A program made the position numbers and the translations under genes. Of a stretch of 56,833 nt of DNA, positions 37,173 through 46,274 are shown piece by piece (position 1 is the stretch's first letter; the number at the start of each line of letters is the position of its first letter). The notes below the pieces were generated by a model, which was not told the origin of the DNA, searched no databases, and was given only the letters and a program-made list of their open reading frames with translations. The DNA is from a virus (lineage: Duplodnaviria > Caudoviricetes), in IMG/VR virus record IMGVR_UViG_3300009788_000018, positions 1 to 56,833 of that record; one strand, written 5' to 3'.

Positions 37173-38346
37173 AGCCAAAGATGAGCACGGGCTGGGCTCA
37201 GTAAATGAACAGCTGGATTCTGTGTTTGAAGAATCCTGGGAAGGTGTCGATGCTTATACTTTTGATGACACTCCCGATGGCAGCTATCCTTCTAAGTTAG
37301 TTGGTGCCAACATTAACAACGCTAAGTCTAGCGGACGTTTGCAGTGCTCTTGGGAATGGATTATCGTATCCGGTGACAACAAAGGCCGGCATATCTTTAT
37401 CCATCAGGGTCTCAATACCGAAGATGCTTTGGCTTACTTCAAGGGCAGCTTAGCTCGCCTTGGTCATGAAGAGCCAAGCTCCAAGAAGAAACTGCTGGCT
37501 ACGTTGGAAGAGATGGTAGAAGGACCTACCTACGCTGTTGTACGTCTGGCAACTAAGAAGAAAAAGGTTGATGGTGAAATGGTTGAGCAGCAGAACAGCC
37601 GCATCATCAAGGCTTTGGATTCTGACGAGGTCGAGGATGAACTCGATGACGAAGCAGCAACTGCCAGTGGCAGTGTTGAACCGGATGCCGAAGAGCCTGA
37701 AGAAGAAGGCGAAGAAGAAGGCGACGACTGGGCTAAAGGTGATCGTTGTGTAGTTGATATTGATGGTGCAGATTTTGCTGGTAAGATCACGAAGATCGGT
37801 GATGAGAATGCTACTGTCAAATTCGACGACGGCGATGTTCAGGAAATTGACATTGATGATCTCAAGGAAGAAGAGCCCGAAGAGGAGCCCGAGGAAGAAG
37901 CCGAAGAAGAAGCCGAAGAAGAAGGCGAAGAAGAAGGCGAAGATTGGGCCAAGGGCGACCGCTGCTTAGTTGATATCGACGGTAAAGACTACGCCGGTAA
38001 GATCACAAAGATCGATGACGAGAATGCTAACGTCACGTTTGATGATGGTGACAAGCAGGTAATCGCTATTGACGACCTCAAGGAAGAGGAAGCTGAAGAA
38101 GAAGGCGAAGAAGAAGGCGAAGATGAAGATGAAGTTCCTCCATGTGAGCTGAAGAGCAAGAAGCTCAGCTCCGCCGAAAAGAAGGAGACTAACAAGCTGG
38201 CAAAGGAATACAGCTTCTCTCCTGACGACTTCGACAGTTCAGCTAAACTACTTTGTGAGATCGGCGACTATTCCGGTCTGAGTGGTAAGTTCAAGAACCC
38301 AGCTGCTTTACTCAAAGCGATCAAGGCAGCAATAGCGGAAGATTAA
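37126..38346 (+). CDS. SSB-like (DUF669-type) protein with two Tudor-like repeats and acidic linkers
   Basis: PDG.Y, KSSG, W.I..G...GR..F; follows the AAA ATPase; duplicated WAKGDRC.VDIDG unit. Confidence 0.65.
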   Translation: MARKKSAKAKKSKKAKAKDEHGLGSVNEQLDSVFEESWEGVDAYTFDDTPDGSYPSKLVGANINNAKSSGRLQCSWEWIIVSGDNKGRHIFIHQGLNTEDALAYFKGSLARLGHEEPSSKKKLLATLEEMVEGPTYAVVRLATKKKKVDGEMVEQQNSRIIKALDSDEVEDELDDEAATASGSVEPDAEEPEEEGEEEGDDWAKGDRCVVDIDGADFAGKITKIGDENATVKFDDGDVQEIDIDDLKEEEPEEEPEEEAEEEAEEEGEEEGEDWAKGDRCLVDIDGKDYAGKITKIDDENANVTFDDGDKQVIAIDDLKEEEAEEEGEEEGEDEDEVPPCELKSKKLSSAEKKETNKLAKEYSFSPDDFDSSAKLLCEIGDYSGLSGKFKNPAALLKAIKAAIAED

Positions 38347-38349
38347 TCT

Positions 38350-40335
38350 ATGATTACTTCATTAGTCAGATATATAAAAAAGAATGTTAATCCTGAAGAG
38401 TACTACAGGTCAATCTTTCCTGATATTACTTGGCCCACTGGGAGTGACGAGACAAAAGTAAAGTCTCCATTCGTGGAAGAGACAATACCTAGTCTTTCCA
38501 TTAACAGAGATACAGGAGCGTGGTATTCTTTCTGTGCATCTGACGAACAGGGCGGCAACTCCATTGTTTCTTTTCAAGCAGCATACGAAGAGTATTCTGA
38601 TGGAGAAGCCGCCCGCGCTATTTTTCACAAGTTTGTTCATCCCATTATCCCTGATAGTCAGATCCGTAAATGGGTTAGAAAGTTGTACCAGACTCCTAGC
38701 GTTATGCGGTATCTTCGTAAAAGACATTTGTCTAAAGCTAAAATCATACAATACAAAATTGGATGGAACGGCAATAGAATTATAATGCCTGTCTATAATG
38801 AATTTGGATTATGCGTCAGTGCTCGAATGTGTAATCCTAAAGCCAAGGCCAAGGTAATTAACTACACCTCAAAGAATGAGACTCGGTCCTATGGTAGTCC
38901 TACAATGCTATATCCTTTGAAGGTTTTGATGGAAGCCCCCGAGGATGAACCTATCTATATCTGTGAAGGCGAATGGGACATGTTTGTTTTACTTTGTATG
39001 GGTCTATACGCTGTTACCTCATCCTCTGGAGCTAAGACCTGGCCTAGTCAGTATAATGAATTGTTCCGTGGAAGAGATGTAATAATTGTTTATGACAATG
39101 ATGAACCAGGTAAAGAGGGAGCCAAAAGAGTATGTAAACAACTTCTGAATATAGCCAAGAGTATACGACAATTGGAAGTTCCTAAGAAGTATGGTAAAGA
39201 TACTACTGATTACGTTACCAAGAAACCTGCTATGCGTAAAAAATCGGCCTGGGAAAATTGGACATCCAAGGCTAAAACCTTAGTTGATAATCCCGACGAG
39301 TTAATTACTCCGCAGGATGAAGCTATAGAAGTTTCCTTAGACCAAGCAAGTAAGTCGGATTGGTATGGACAGAGAATTTCAATCGAAGCTTTAATCACTG
39401 GAAAAGATCATGCTCCTTATCTATTACCTAAAAGGTTTAGGATTAGTTGTAGTGATAGTTGTGATGATTGTCCTATTGCGAATAGTGATAAAGGATTTAG
39501 AGATTATGATCTGGAATTAGATAACACTATTGTTCTTCGCATGTTAGATACTCCCTACGATACTACCAGAAGAAGATTGCTAAATCGAATTGGTATTACC
39601 AATACTCAGAATTGCAAAGCCAAGGTTGATTATCTTAAAACCTTTAACGTAGAGCATGTCATGCTAATTCCAACTTTAGATTCTGAATCTAAGGAATATG
39701 TTGTAAGAGCTGCTTACTATATTGGCCATGGTTTACGAGCGAATAAGGCTTATCGATTCGAAGGATCAATGACCAACTCTCCGAAAGACCAACACGTTAT
39801 TTACCTGTTCGATAAAGCTAAGCCTGTCCAGGACGAGATCGAAACCTTTGAGCTAAGTACTGAGGTCAGAAAGAAGCTGATTAGATTTAGACCAAAGAAG
39901 ATAAGCTATCTGGCTAAGATGCAGAGTATAGCTGATTGGCAGTCTCGAAATATAACTAAGATCCTTGATCGTCCCGACTTACATATGGCTATAGATCTTG
40001 CCTTTCATTCAGTTCCATCATTTTGGTTTAACAAGGAATACATACACAGAGGCATGTTAGATATATTAGTGCTAGGAGATACTCGTTGTGGTAAAGGGTA
40101 TGTTACAGAAAGACTCAGCAAGTATTATAAGCTAGGAGAAATTGCCTCGGGTGATAACTGTAGCTTTGCGGGACTAGTAGGTGGGTTACAACAGTTAGGA
40201 AATAACTGGAGGATTACTTGGGGATTACTTCCGTTAAATCACAGACGTCTGGTTGTTATAGATGAAGCTTCAAGTCTCGAAACAAAAGAAATTGGTCGAC
40301 TTAGAGGATTAGATCTGAAGGAGTGGCCGAGATAG
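38350..40335 (+). CDS. Primase (TOPRIM)-MCM-like helicase, N-terminal part
   Basis: ICEGEWD, YDND..G, D..DY; Walker A GDTRCGKG, S.AGL.GG, Walker B VVIDE. Confidence 0.88.
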   Translation: MITSLVRYIKKNVNPEEYYRSIFPDITWPTGSDETKVKSPFVEETIPSLSINRDTGAWYSFCASDEQGGNSIVSFQAAYEEYSDGEAARAIFHKFVHPIIPDSQIRKWVRKLYQTPSVMRYLRKRHLSKAKIIQYKIGWNGNRIIMPVYNEFGLCVSARMCNPKAKAKVINYTSKNETRSYGSPTMLYPLKVLMEAPEDEPIYICEGEWDMFVLLCMGLYAVTSSSGAKTWPSQYNELFRGRDVIIVYDNDEPGKEGAKRVCKQLLNIAKSIRQLEVPKKYGKDTTDYVTKKPAMRKKSAWENWTSKAKTLVDNPDELITPQDEAIEVSLDQASKSDWYGQRISIEALITGKDHAPYLLPKRFRISCSDSCDDCPIANSDKGFRDYDLELDNTIVLRMLDTPYDTTRRRLLNRIGITNTQNCKAKVDYLKTFNVEHVMLIPTLDSESKEYVVRAAYYIGHGLRANKAYRFEGSMTNSPKDQHVIYLFDKAKPVQDEIETFELSTEVRKKLIRFRPKKISYLAKMQSIADWQSRNITKILDRPDLHMAIDLAFHSVPSFWFNKEYIHRGMLDILVLGDTRCGKGYVTERLSKYYKLGEIASGDNCSFAGLVGGLQQLGNNWRITWGLLPLNHRRLVVIDEASSLETKEIGRLRGLDLKEWPR

Positions 40336-41189
40336 TTAAGATTATTCGAGAAACTACTCAGGCTAATACCAGAATAATATGGTTAGCTAATCCACGAAGC
40401 GGAAGACCTATGGCCACCTACAATACTGGAGTTGAGGCTGTGAAGGAATTGATTGGAGCAGTGGAGGATGTTAGTAGGTTTGACTTTGTTCTGACCGTAG
40501 CTTCAAACGAGGTGCCTAGTGAAGTTATAAATGCTCCAGCTTTGTACGATACTAGTGATAAAGATAAGTTTCCAGCCGAGCTTTGTCAGGCTTTAATCTT
40601 GTGGGCTTGGTCCAGATCTCCTAGTCAAATTGTCTTTACTGATAAAGCTACCAAAAGGATAATTGAGAAATCAGTAGAGTTCGGCAATACCTACTCCTCA
40701 GTTATTCCTTTAGTGCAAGCTGAAAATATCCGAATTAAAATAGCCAAGATTAGTGCAGCAGTAGCCGCTAGAGTTTTTAGTACAGACAAATCCTTCGAAA
40801 AATTAATCATCTCATCTAAGCATGTTAACTGTGCTACTGAGATCTTAAAATCGTTTTACAATAAACCAAGTATGGCCTATAACTTATTCAGCCAGACCAC
40901 AGTCGCTGCTTCTAGAATTGAAAAACCTCAGGTGGTTGATAAGAGTATACAGATGTTGAGTACTGATGAGTTGACAACAATCACAGGTCTGCTTGAAATG
41001 CATAGAATTAATTCTGATACTCTGGCTGATTACGTGGGAGATCCGGCTACAGCTAAATCTCTGATAGGCGAGTTAGTCCAGCACAGATGTTTAACTCGAA
41101 TAGAGGGTACCGGTTGGTACATTAAGAATGCAGGCTTTACTAAACAGCTGCGTAAAAAACAAAAAACTTTATCCAAGAAGGTGAAATAA
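40305..41189 (+). CDS. MCM-like helicase C-terminal part (-1 frame relative to the upstream ORF)
   Basis: RIRSEGVAEI.K, sensor-1 WLANP, arginine finger SRFD. Confidence 0.8.
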   Translation, partial: RIRSEGVAEIVKIIRETTQANTRIIWLANPRSGRPMATYNTGVEAVKELIGAVEDVSRFDFVLTVASNEVPSEVINAPALYDTSDKDKFPAELCQALILWAWSRSPSQIVFTDKATKRIIEKSVEFGNTYSSVIPLVQAENIRIKIAKISAAVAARVFSTDKSFEKLIISSKHVNCATEILKSFYNKPSMAYNLFSQTTVAASRIEKPQVVDKSIQMLSTDELTTITGLLEMHRINSDTLADYVGDPATAKSLIGELVQHRCLTRIEGTGWYIKNAGFTKQLRKKQKTLSKKVK

Positions 41190-41191
41190 AA

Positions 41192-41479
41192 ATGAAGATT
41201 CAATTAGGAACCATTCGTAGGATTCTTTCCACTGGATTCAAATCATGTCCTAGATGTGGACATAAACATATAAGAGCTATTCTTACATGGGGAGATAAGT
41301 TTAATTCCTGTGGTAAAGACAAGAGGTGGTATTACGTAGATGTTAAATGCAGAGATAAGGAATGTGGAGTAGTATTACATAAAAGTAAGTGTGTAGGAGG
41401 GGGATTTTTAAATCCTGGTGTGCTTAACTGGTTCAGACTGATGAGAGATCATTGGAACGAAAGACCTGTAGAAAAATAA
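41192..41479 (+). CDS. Lar-like zinc-ribbon protein
   Basis: KSCPRCG, V.C...CG, WN.R. Confidence 0.55.
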   Translation: MKIQLGTIRRILSTGFKSCPRCGHKHIRAILTWGDKFNSCGKDKRWYYVDVKCRDKECGVVLHKSKCVGGGFLNPGVLNWFRLMRDHWNERPVEK

Positions 41480-41500
41480 CTTTATCTAAAGGAGAACGAA

Positions 41501-41971
41501 ATGTCTGAGTATTTAATGAACGAACCTTGTGATGTTTTCAAGGTCATCCAGCAAATCGAAAAGCAGGATGTCAAAAAACATAAGAGCCAAACCTGGTTGG
41601 ATGTATTACAAAGTATACTAAACGTGGCTAGGCTTAGAATCTTGGATAACGAGCCGGTAAAGTGGGAGGCTCTTTTCTTACAGGCCGGAGCTGTTGTTAC
41701 CGAGATCCTGACTGATCATCGCTTTAACAGGATGAACTTTGCTAAGTTCCTGTTACAGAAACACAAAGCGTATGGAATGGAACCGTTGGTGGCTTGGAGA
41801 GAGCTTGGTATTCTTGTCCGATTAACCTCCAAGGTAGGCCGGATTCATACTATTAAGGGTGATGAGGCGATTGATCTTGGAGATGAATCGATGCAGGACA
41901 CACTCAAAGACAGCCTTGGTTATTGTATTTTAGGATTCCTCTTATGCATACGGCTCAAAGACGAAAGCTAG
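41501..41971 (+). CDS. Nucleotide-modification-associated domain 1 (DUF1599-like)
   Basis: K...YG, GILVRL..K..R, ES..DTL.D..GY. Confidence 0.75.
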   Translation: MSEYLMNEPCDVFKVIQQIEKQDVKKHKSQTWLDVLQSILNVARLRILDNEPVKWEALFLQAGAVVTEILTDHRFNRMNFAKFLLQKHKAYGMEPLVAWRELGILVRLTSKVGRIHTIKGDEAIDLGDESMQDTLKDSLGYCILGFLLCIRLKDES

Positions 41972-42297
41972 AGAAGACTCGGATAGGTATTACTCAAAAA
42001 GGTAAAGTAGCTAACATGGAGTACTACGCTACTGTGAACTTTTTTAAGGACACCACTGAACCTGGCGAGATCTTTATCAAGATCGCCAAGGAAGGTTCAA
42101 CTATAGCCGGACTGATAGATGCTCTTGCTATTACTATTAGTGTAGCATTGCAGTACAGTGTTCCTTGGGAAATACTTGGAAAGAAATATCTGCAAACTAT
42201 ATTTGATCCTAGAGATGACGAAGCTAGTTCATTGGTTGATGGGATCACTAAAACCATAGACGAAGTTATTGAGATAAGAAAGGAGTTGATCAAGTGA
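41944..42297 (+). CDS. TSCPD-domain protein (like the class II RNR C-terminal domain)
   Basis: Y.TVN.....PGEIFIKIAKEGST..GL.DA....S.ALQY.VP, S.VD. Confidence 0.8.
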   Translation: MHTAQRRKLEKTRIGITQKGKVANMEYYATVNFFKDTTEPGEIFIKIAKEGSTIAGLIDALAITISVALQYSVPWEILGKKYLQTIFDPRDDEASSLVDGITKTIDEVIEIRKELIK

Positions 42298-42968
42298 ATA
42301 TCGACGACGTAACAGACCAAGTTGAAATACCTGGCAACCCAGTGATTAGGATCTTCGCTCTTCAAAGGGTACTGCAGTCCAAGTACCATCACATCGAAGT
42401 GGCGAATGGAATTAACTATCCTCTTGCACCTTGGAACATTGATGACAGTGCTGTTCAGTATATTCTCAAGGATATATTCTGGCGCACTACTGAGGAACTC
42501 TGTGAAGCTATGGAGGTTATACCTAGCGACTCAGATTTTGCTAACTGGAAAGCTCGGTGGGGGGTTAATTCTGATCTCAGGCATTTCTTCGAGGAACTGG
42601 CTGATGCTCTGCACTTCCTGGTCGAAGCTTCAATCATAGCAGAGATGAACGAGAACGAGATCGAGATTGCTATCTGTCCTATCCTTGATGAGCCAGTTGT
42701 TTTTAATTGTAATGATGACTTCGATGCCAGGTTACTTGTAGCGGAAGTAATCTTTAGTCTAGGTCTAGCCGCCAACACCTTGAAGAATAAGCCATGGAAA
42801 CAAACTCAGATGCCAACTGACAAGGACAGGTTCCAAGCAAAGCTTCTTACGGCTTGGCAGGACTTTGCGACAATGTGGAACGAGATGGGCTTCTCTCTGG
42901 CTGATATATTCATTCTATACACTCGGAAGCATACTGTTAACACGTGGAGACAGGAGACGAACTACTAA
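42294..42968 (+). CDS. Dimeric dUTPase/dCTPase (all-alpha)
   Basis: EEL.EA, EELADALHF, KNKPWK, Y..K..VN..RQ...Y. Confidence 0.85.
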   Translation: MNIDDVTDQVEIPGNPVIRIFALQRVLQSKYHHIEVANGINYPLAPWNIDDSAVQYILKDIFWRTTEELCEAMEVIPSDSDFANWKARWGVNSDLRHFFEELADALHFLVEASIIAEMNENEIEIAICPILDEPVVFNCNDDFDARLLVAEVIFSLGLAANTLKNKPWKQTQMPTDKDRFQAKLLTAWQDFATMWNEMGFSLADIFILYTRKHTVNTWRQETNY

Positions 42969-43765
42969 TGAATAAATCATATCCCAACTTAACTATGCTA
43001 GCCAAAAACCTGCTGCCCTCCTTATTGGAGGACCGTGACTGTGCAGGTAAAGTTAAATCTAACGCTTATCACAGATTCAACATGATGTTCAGAACCAAGA
43101 CCTGTGAGTATAACGTGGACCTGGGAAAGGAAACCGGGTTTTCTAAATCCCGCTGGACAAGGCTGGTGAATCAGTATGTTGATAAGTCAAGATTAAAAGC
43201 CTTTGTTAAGGTGGCCAAGAAATTGGATAATCAGTGCAGTGCTTCTATGCTATTCAAATCCATCATGGGCAAAAGGCTTAATCATCAGTATGGGAACTGT
43301 CTGCTCAGCATAACTTATTGCGATAACACCATTACCTTACTCAGTAGAACTTGTTATGCAGGGTACATGTCGTTCTTTGATATTGCTCTGGCCCATAAGA
43401 TAGCTGAGAAGATAGGTGATCCTAGTAAGATCAAGTTCAGGTGGTATGTTGTAGACCTACAGGTAAGCTATCTGCGATCTCTCCAGGTTATCTTTCTGAA
43501 TAAGAAATTGATGACTAAGTTAAAGCGTCTGCATAAAAAGCCAAAGTCTATCTTCGAACGAGCTCCGATGCCGTGGCAAAGAGTAGCTGGAGTTTACAGA
43601 AGAAGATTCCTGTATCATTATAAAAAATCAGGAATGAAGATGTTAGCTGAAGCTAAGTATGGTCCAGCCAAACGCTATATCGAAAAGTGGTTCTATCTTA
43701 CCGGTAGGCTTAAACCAAAAAATGGTTATCCTAAATCTTTTACACTGAAAGATATAAAGCTATGA
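42968..43765 (+). CDS. Divergent thymidylate-synthase-fold protein
   Basis: GNCLLSITY...LLSRTCYAGYMSFFD matches TS spacing (Cys; R...D eleven residues on). Confidence 0.55.
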   Translation: MNKSYPNLTMLAKNLLPSLLEDRDCAGKVKSNAYHRFNMMFRTKTCEYNVDLGKETGFSKSRWTRLVNQYVDKSRLKAFVKVAKKLDNQCSASMLFKSIMGKRLNHQYGNCLLSITYCDNTITLLSRTCYAGYMSFFDIALAHKIAEKIGDPSKIKFRWYVVDLQVSYLRSLQVIFLNKKLMTKLKRLHKKPKSIFERAPMPWQRVAGVYRRRFLYHYKKSGMKMLAEAKYGPAKRYIEKWFYLTGRLKPKNGYPKSFTLKDIKL

Positions 43766-44046
43766 AAAAGACTAAGGTAGTTCATATTAAAAGATGTAGA
43801 TCTCCAATAATAGTAGCGATTGACCGTACTACTATATTTGGAAGTCGCTTCCCTCTTAGTCGATATTCTCGTGGGGAATCAATTAAGAGATACAAGGAAT
43901 ATTTCTATGCAAGGCTCGAGTCAGACCCTGCCTTCAAAGCGGCCGTTCATAAATTAAAAGGATGCTTACTTGGGTGTTGGTGTAAACCTAAAGCTTGTCA
44001 CGGTGATATCATAGTAGAATATTTAGAGAAAGGACAAACGAAATGA
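43762..44046 (+). CDS. DUF4326 protein
   Basis: I.R.T.FG..F, L.G..LGCWC.P..CHGD. Confidence 0.88.
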   Translation: MKKTKVVHIKRCRSPIIVAIDRTTIFGSRFPLSRYSRGESIKRYKEYFYARLESDPAFKAAVHKLKGCLLGCWCKPKACHGDIIVEYLEKGQTK

Positions 44047-44825
44047 GGATCTATACAAATCTGTTTGAAGCAATGCGAGAAACCGAACGAGATCTTATGG
44101 AGATGGGTATCGAGGTTGCTTCAAATACAATGCAGGACAAAAATGTTAAGGGAAATTCCGACTACATTACAAAAGAAGTCCAGGGATATGCTTTCAAACT
44201 TGTCAATTGGAAGTGGGATGGAGAGATGGCCAAAAGAGTTATGGAATACTTCTTCAAAGAAAAAGGCGGCGCTGTCTTAACTTATGTTCTGGCCGAACTC
44301 AGAGATCGAGTTTCAGGTGTAGCTACTAATCCAGGCCAAGCTTATACACATCGAAAAAATGTATGGGATGAATTCTTACACAATGGTAAGTTCGCCTATA
44401 CCTACAGCGAACGACTAGCTCCGCAGATAAAAACCATCCTGGAAGAACTGGTACAGAATCCTGAGTCTCGTCAAGCTATTCTGAATATACATAGCAATAT
44501 CTGTCCAAGTATACGTAACCTAGAGCATACCGGACTTGGTATTAACCTGATAGAAGGTAGTGCTGACCTGGCTAACCGGGGTGGCGGTGGTCGTATCCCT
44601 TGTAGTATGTACTATCAAATCATGGTCCGTAAAGGAAGAGTTGACCTGATTTACACAATGCGCTCCTGTGATTTGCTTACGCATTTTCCAGTGGATATTT
44701 GTCTTGCTGCGTTAATGCAGGACTGGTTCGCAGATCAACTTGGCTTGGAGATAGGTATGCTGACTTATTTTGCCGGCTCGCTCCATGCTTATAATAAGGA
44801 TCTTAAAGTGAGAGGAATATTTTAA
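44043..44825 (+). CDS. Thymidylate synthase homolog, probable dCMP (hydroxy)methyltransferase
   Basis: YTYSER, P.SRQA, RIPCS, MRSCD.....PVD, GSLHAY. Confidence 0.85.
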   Translation: MRIYTNLFEAMRETERDLMEMGIEVASNTMQDKNVKGNSDYITKEVQGYAFKLVNWKWDGEMAKRVMEYFFKEKGGAVLTYVLAELRDRVSGVATNPGQAYTHRKNVWDEFLHNGKFAYTYSERLAPQIKTILEELVQNPESRQAILNIHSNICPSIRNLEHTGLGINLIEGSADLANRGGGGRIPCSMYYQIMVRKGRVDLIYTMRSCDLLTHFPVDICLAALMQDWFADQLGLEIGMLTYFAGSLHAYNKDLKVRGIF

Positions 44826-44826
44826 A

Positions 44827-45810
44827 ATGAAGTTAATGAAACCAAAAGTTGAACATCTCGATTGCACTGGCGATCCGCTGGTAGTAATCGAAAGAGCAGG
44901 TCGAACCTGTTACAAAAGTGAAGATAAGATCACAGACGAGTCAGCGCCAAAGTTCGTTAAGATGTTGCTAGATCGAAAACATCATGCTATGATCGAACAT
45001 GCTAGTCTTGTCTTCAGTGTCAGTAATTTCTTGTATAATCGGTTGATAGCATTGCAAGATCCTTACAGAGACCATATTTCTCTGACTCGTGAAGCGCATG
45101 GTTGTATTCTTTCAGGAAACGTCAGAGCGCTCAGAGATATCTGCGAAGATACTGAGGTTGACACGCATGTCAGAAACTCGATAGCCATAGCTGCTGGAGA
45201 TGTAGTTCCTATGCTATTCACAGGTTTCCTTGAGTTGCCGCTATCAAGAAAGAACTGTATGGCCGCTATCTATTCCGGTGAGCTTACCCAGATGGAGCAG
45301 ATTGCCCATCAGTACTTCTCCTATCGAGTCATCTGTGATCGTGGCGTAACTCACGAGATAGTTCGGCATAGACCTTTCAGTTATGGTCAAGAGAGTTCGA
45401 GGTATTGTAATTATAAAGGTGGAGTAACCTTTATCATACCTCCATGGATGGATCTTTGCGAAGGAGACTACGAAGTAGACGAGAACGTGGAGTGGTTCGA
45501 GATAGATAACGAGACAGTGTCAGTCGATGACCTTAATGGTCAGACGGTTAAATGGCTGGCTTCATTATATGAATCTGAGTCTACCTATCAAGCTTTGTTA
45601 GAGCATGAAGGATGGACTCCTCAACAGGCACGATCAGTATTACCTAACAGTCTCAAAACTGAGATCATCATGACTGCTAACCTTCGCCGATGGGATCACT
45701 TCTTTACAATGAGGTGTAGTAAATACGCCCATCCTCAGATGCAGGAAGTTGCTAACATGATCTGGGAAGATATGCAAAAAAGAGTTTTGTGGTTACCTGA
45801 TTACTATTAA
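44827..45810 (+). CDS. thyX: FAD-dependent thymidylate synthase
   Basis: R.CY.SE, H....EH, RHR..S..QESSRY, ARSVLPN, AHPQM. Confidence 0.93.
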   Translation: MKLMKPKVEHLDCTGDPLVVIERAGRTCYKSEDKITDESAPKFVKMLLDRKHHAMIEHASLVFSVSNFLYNRLIALQDPYRDHISLTREAHGCILSGNVRALRDICEDTEVDTHVRNSIAIAAGDVVPMLFTGFLELPLSRKNCMAAIYSGELTQMEQIAHQYFSYRVICDRGVTHEIVRHRPFSYGQESSRYCNYKGGVTFIIPPWMDLCEGDYEVDENVEWFEIDNETVSVDDLNGQTVKWLASLYESESTYQALLEHEGWTPQQARSVLPNSLKTEIIMTANLRRWDHFFTMRCSKYAHPQMQEVANMIWEDMQKRVLWLPDYY

Positions 45811-45824
45811 GAAGGGAGCGTGAA

Positions 45825-46274
45825 ATGTTTAATGATGATAGACCTAAACGTAGGAATATCTATATGAGGTTTGCTTTGGATTGGGCAGGTCGAGCTTTGT
45901 GTAAGCAGGATAATCGAGCTGTAGGTTGTGTGATCACTACCGAAGATATGAGAGTAACTTTGGCCACAGGCTACAATGGTCCACCTAAGCAACTAGGTAA
46001 TGACGCTTGTCGTAATGAGAAAGGTAACTGTGGCTGTCTTCATGCTGAAGCCAACGCGATTGCTATGGTAGATGGACGAATACCAAACAAGATCATGTTC
46101 GTAACGATGTGTCCTTGCGAAACTTGTGCTACTCTCATTGCTCAGAGCAATATTACCAAGGTTTTTTATTACCAAGATTATCGGAATAAAGCTGGTTTAG
46201 AAAGATTACAAGCATGCGGAATAGACGTAATAAGAATAAACGATCTAGGTTGCTCCCGCCCTTACCTTGTCTAG
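45825..46274 (+). CDS. dCMP deaminase
   Basis: VGCVI, TGYNG.P, HAEANA, PC..C. Confidence 0.92.
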   Translation: MFNDDRPKRRNIYMRFALDWAGRALCKQDNRAVGCVITTEDMRVTLATGYNGPPKQLGNDACRNEKGNCGCLHAEANAIAMVDGRIPNKIMFVTMCPCETCATLIAQSNITKVFYYQDYRNKAGLERLQACGIDVIRINDLGCSRPYLV

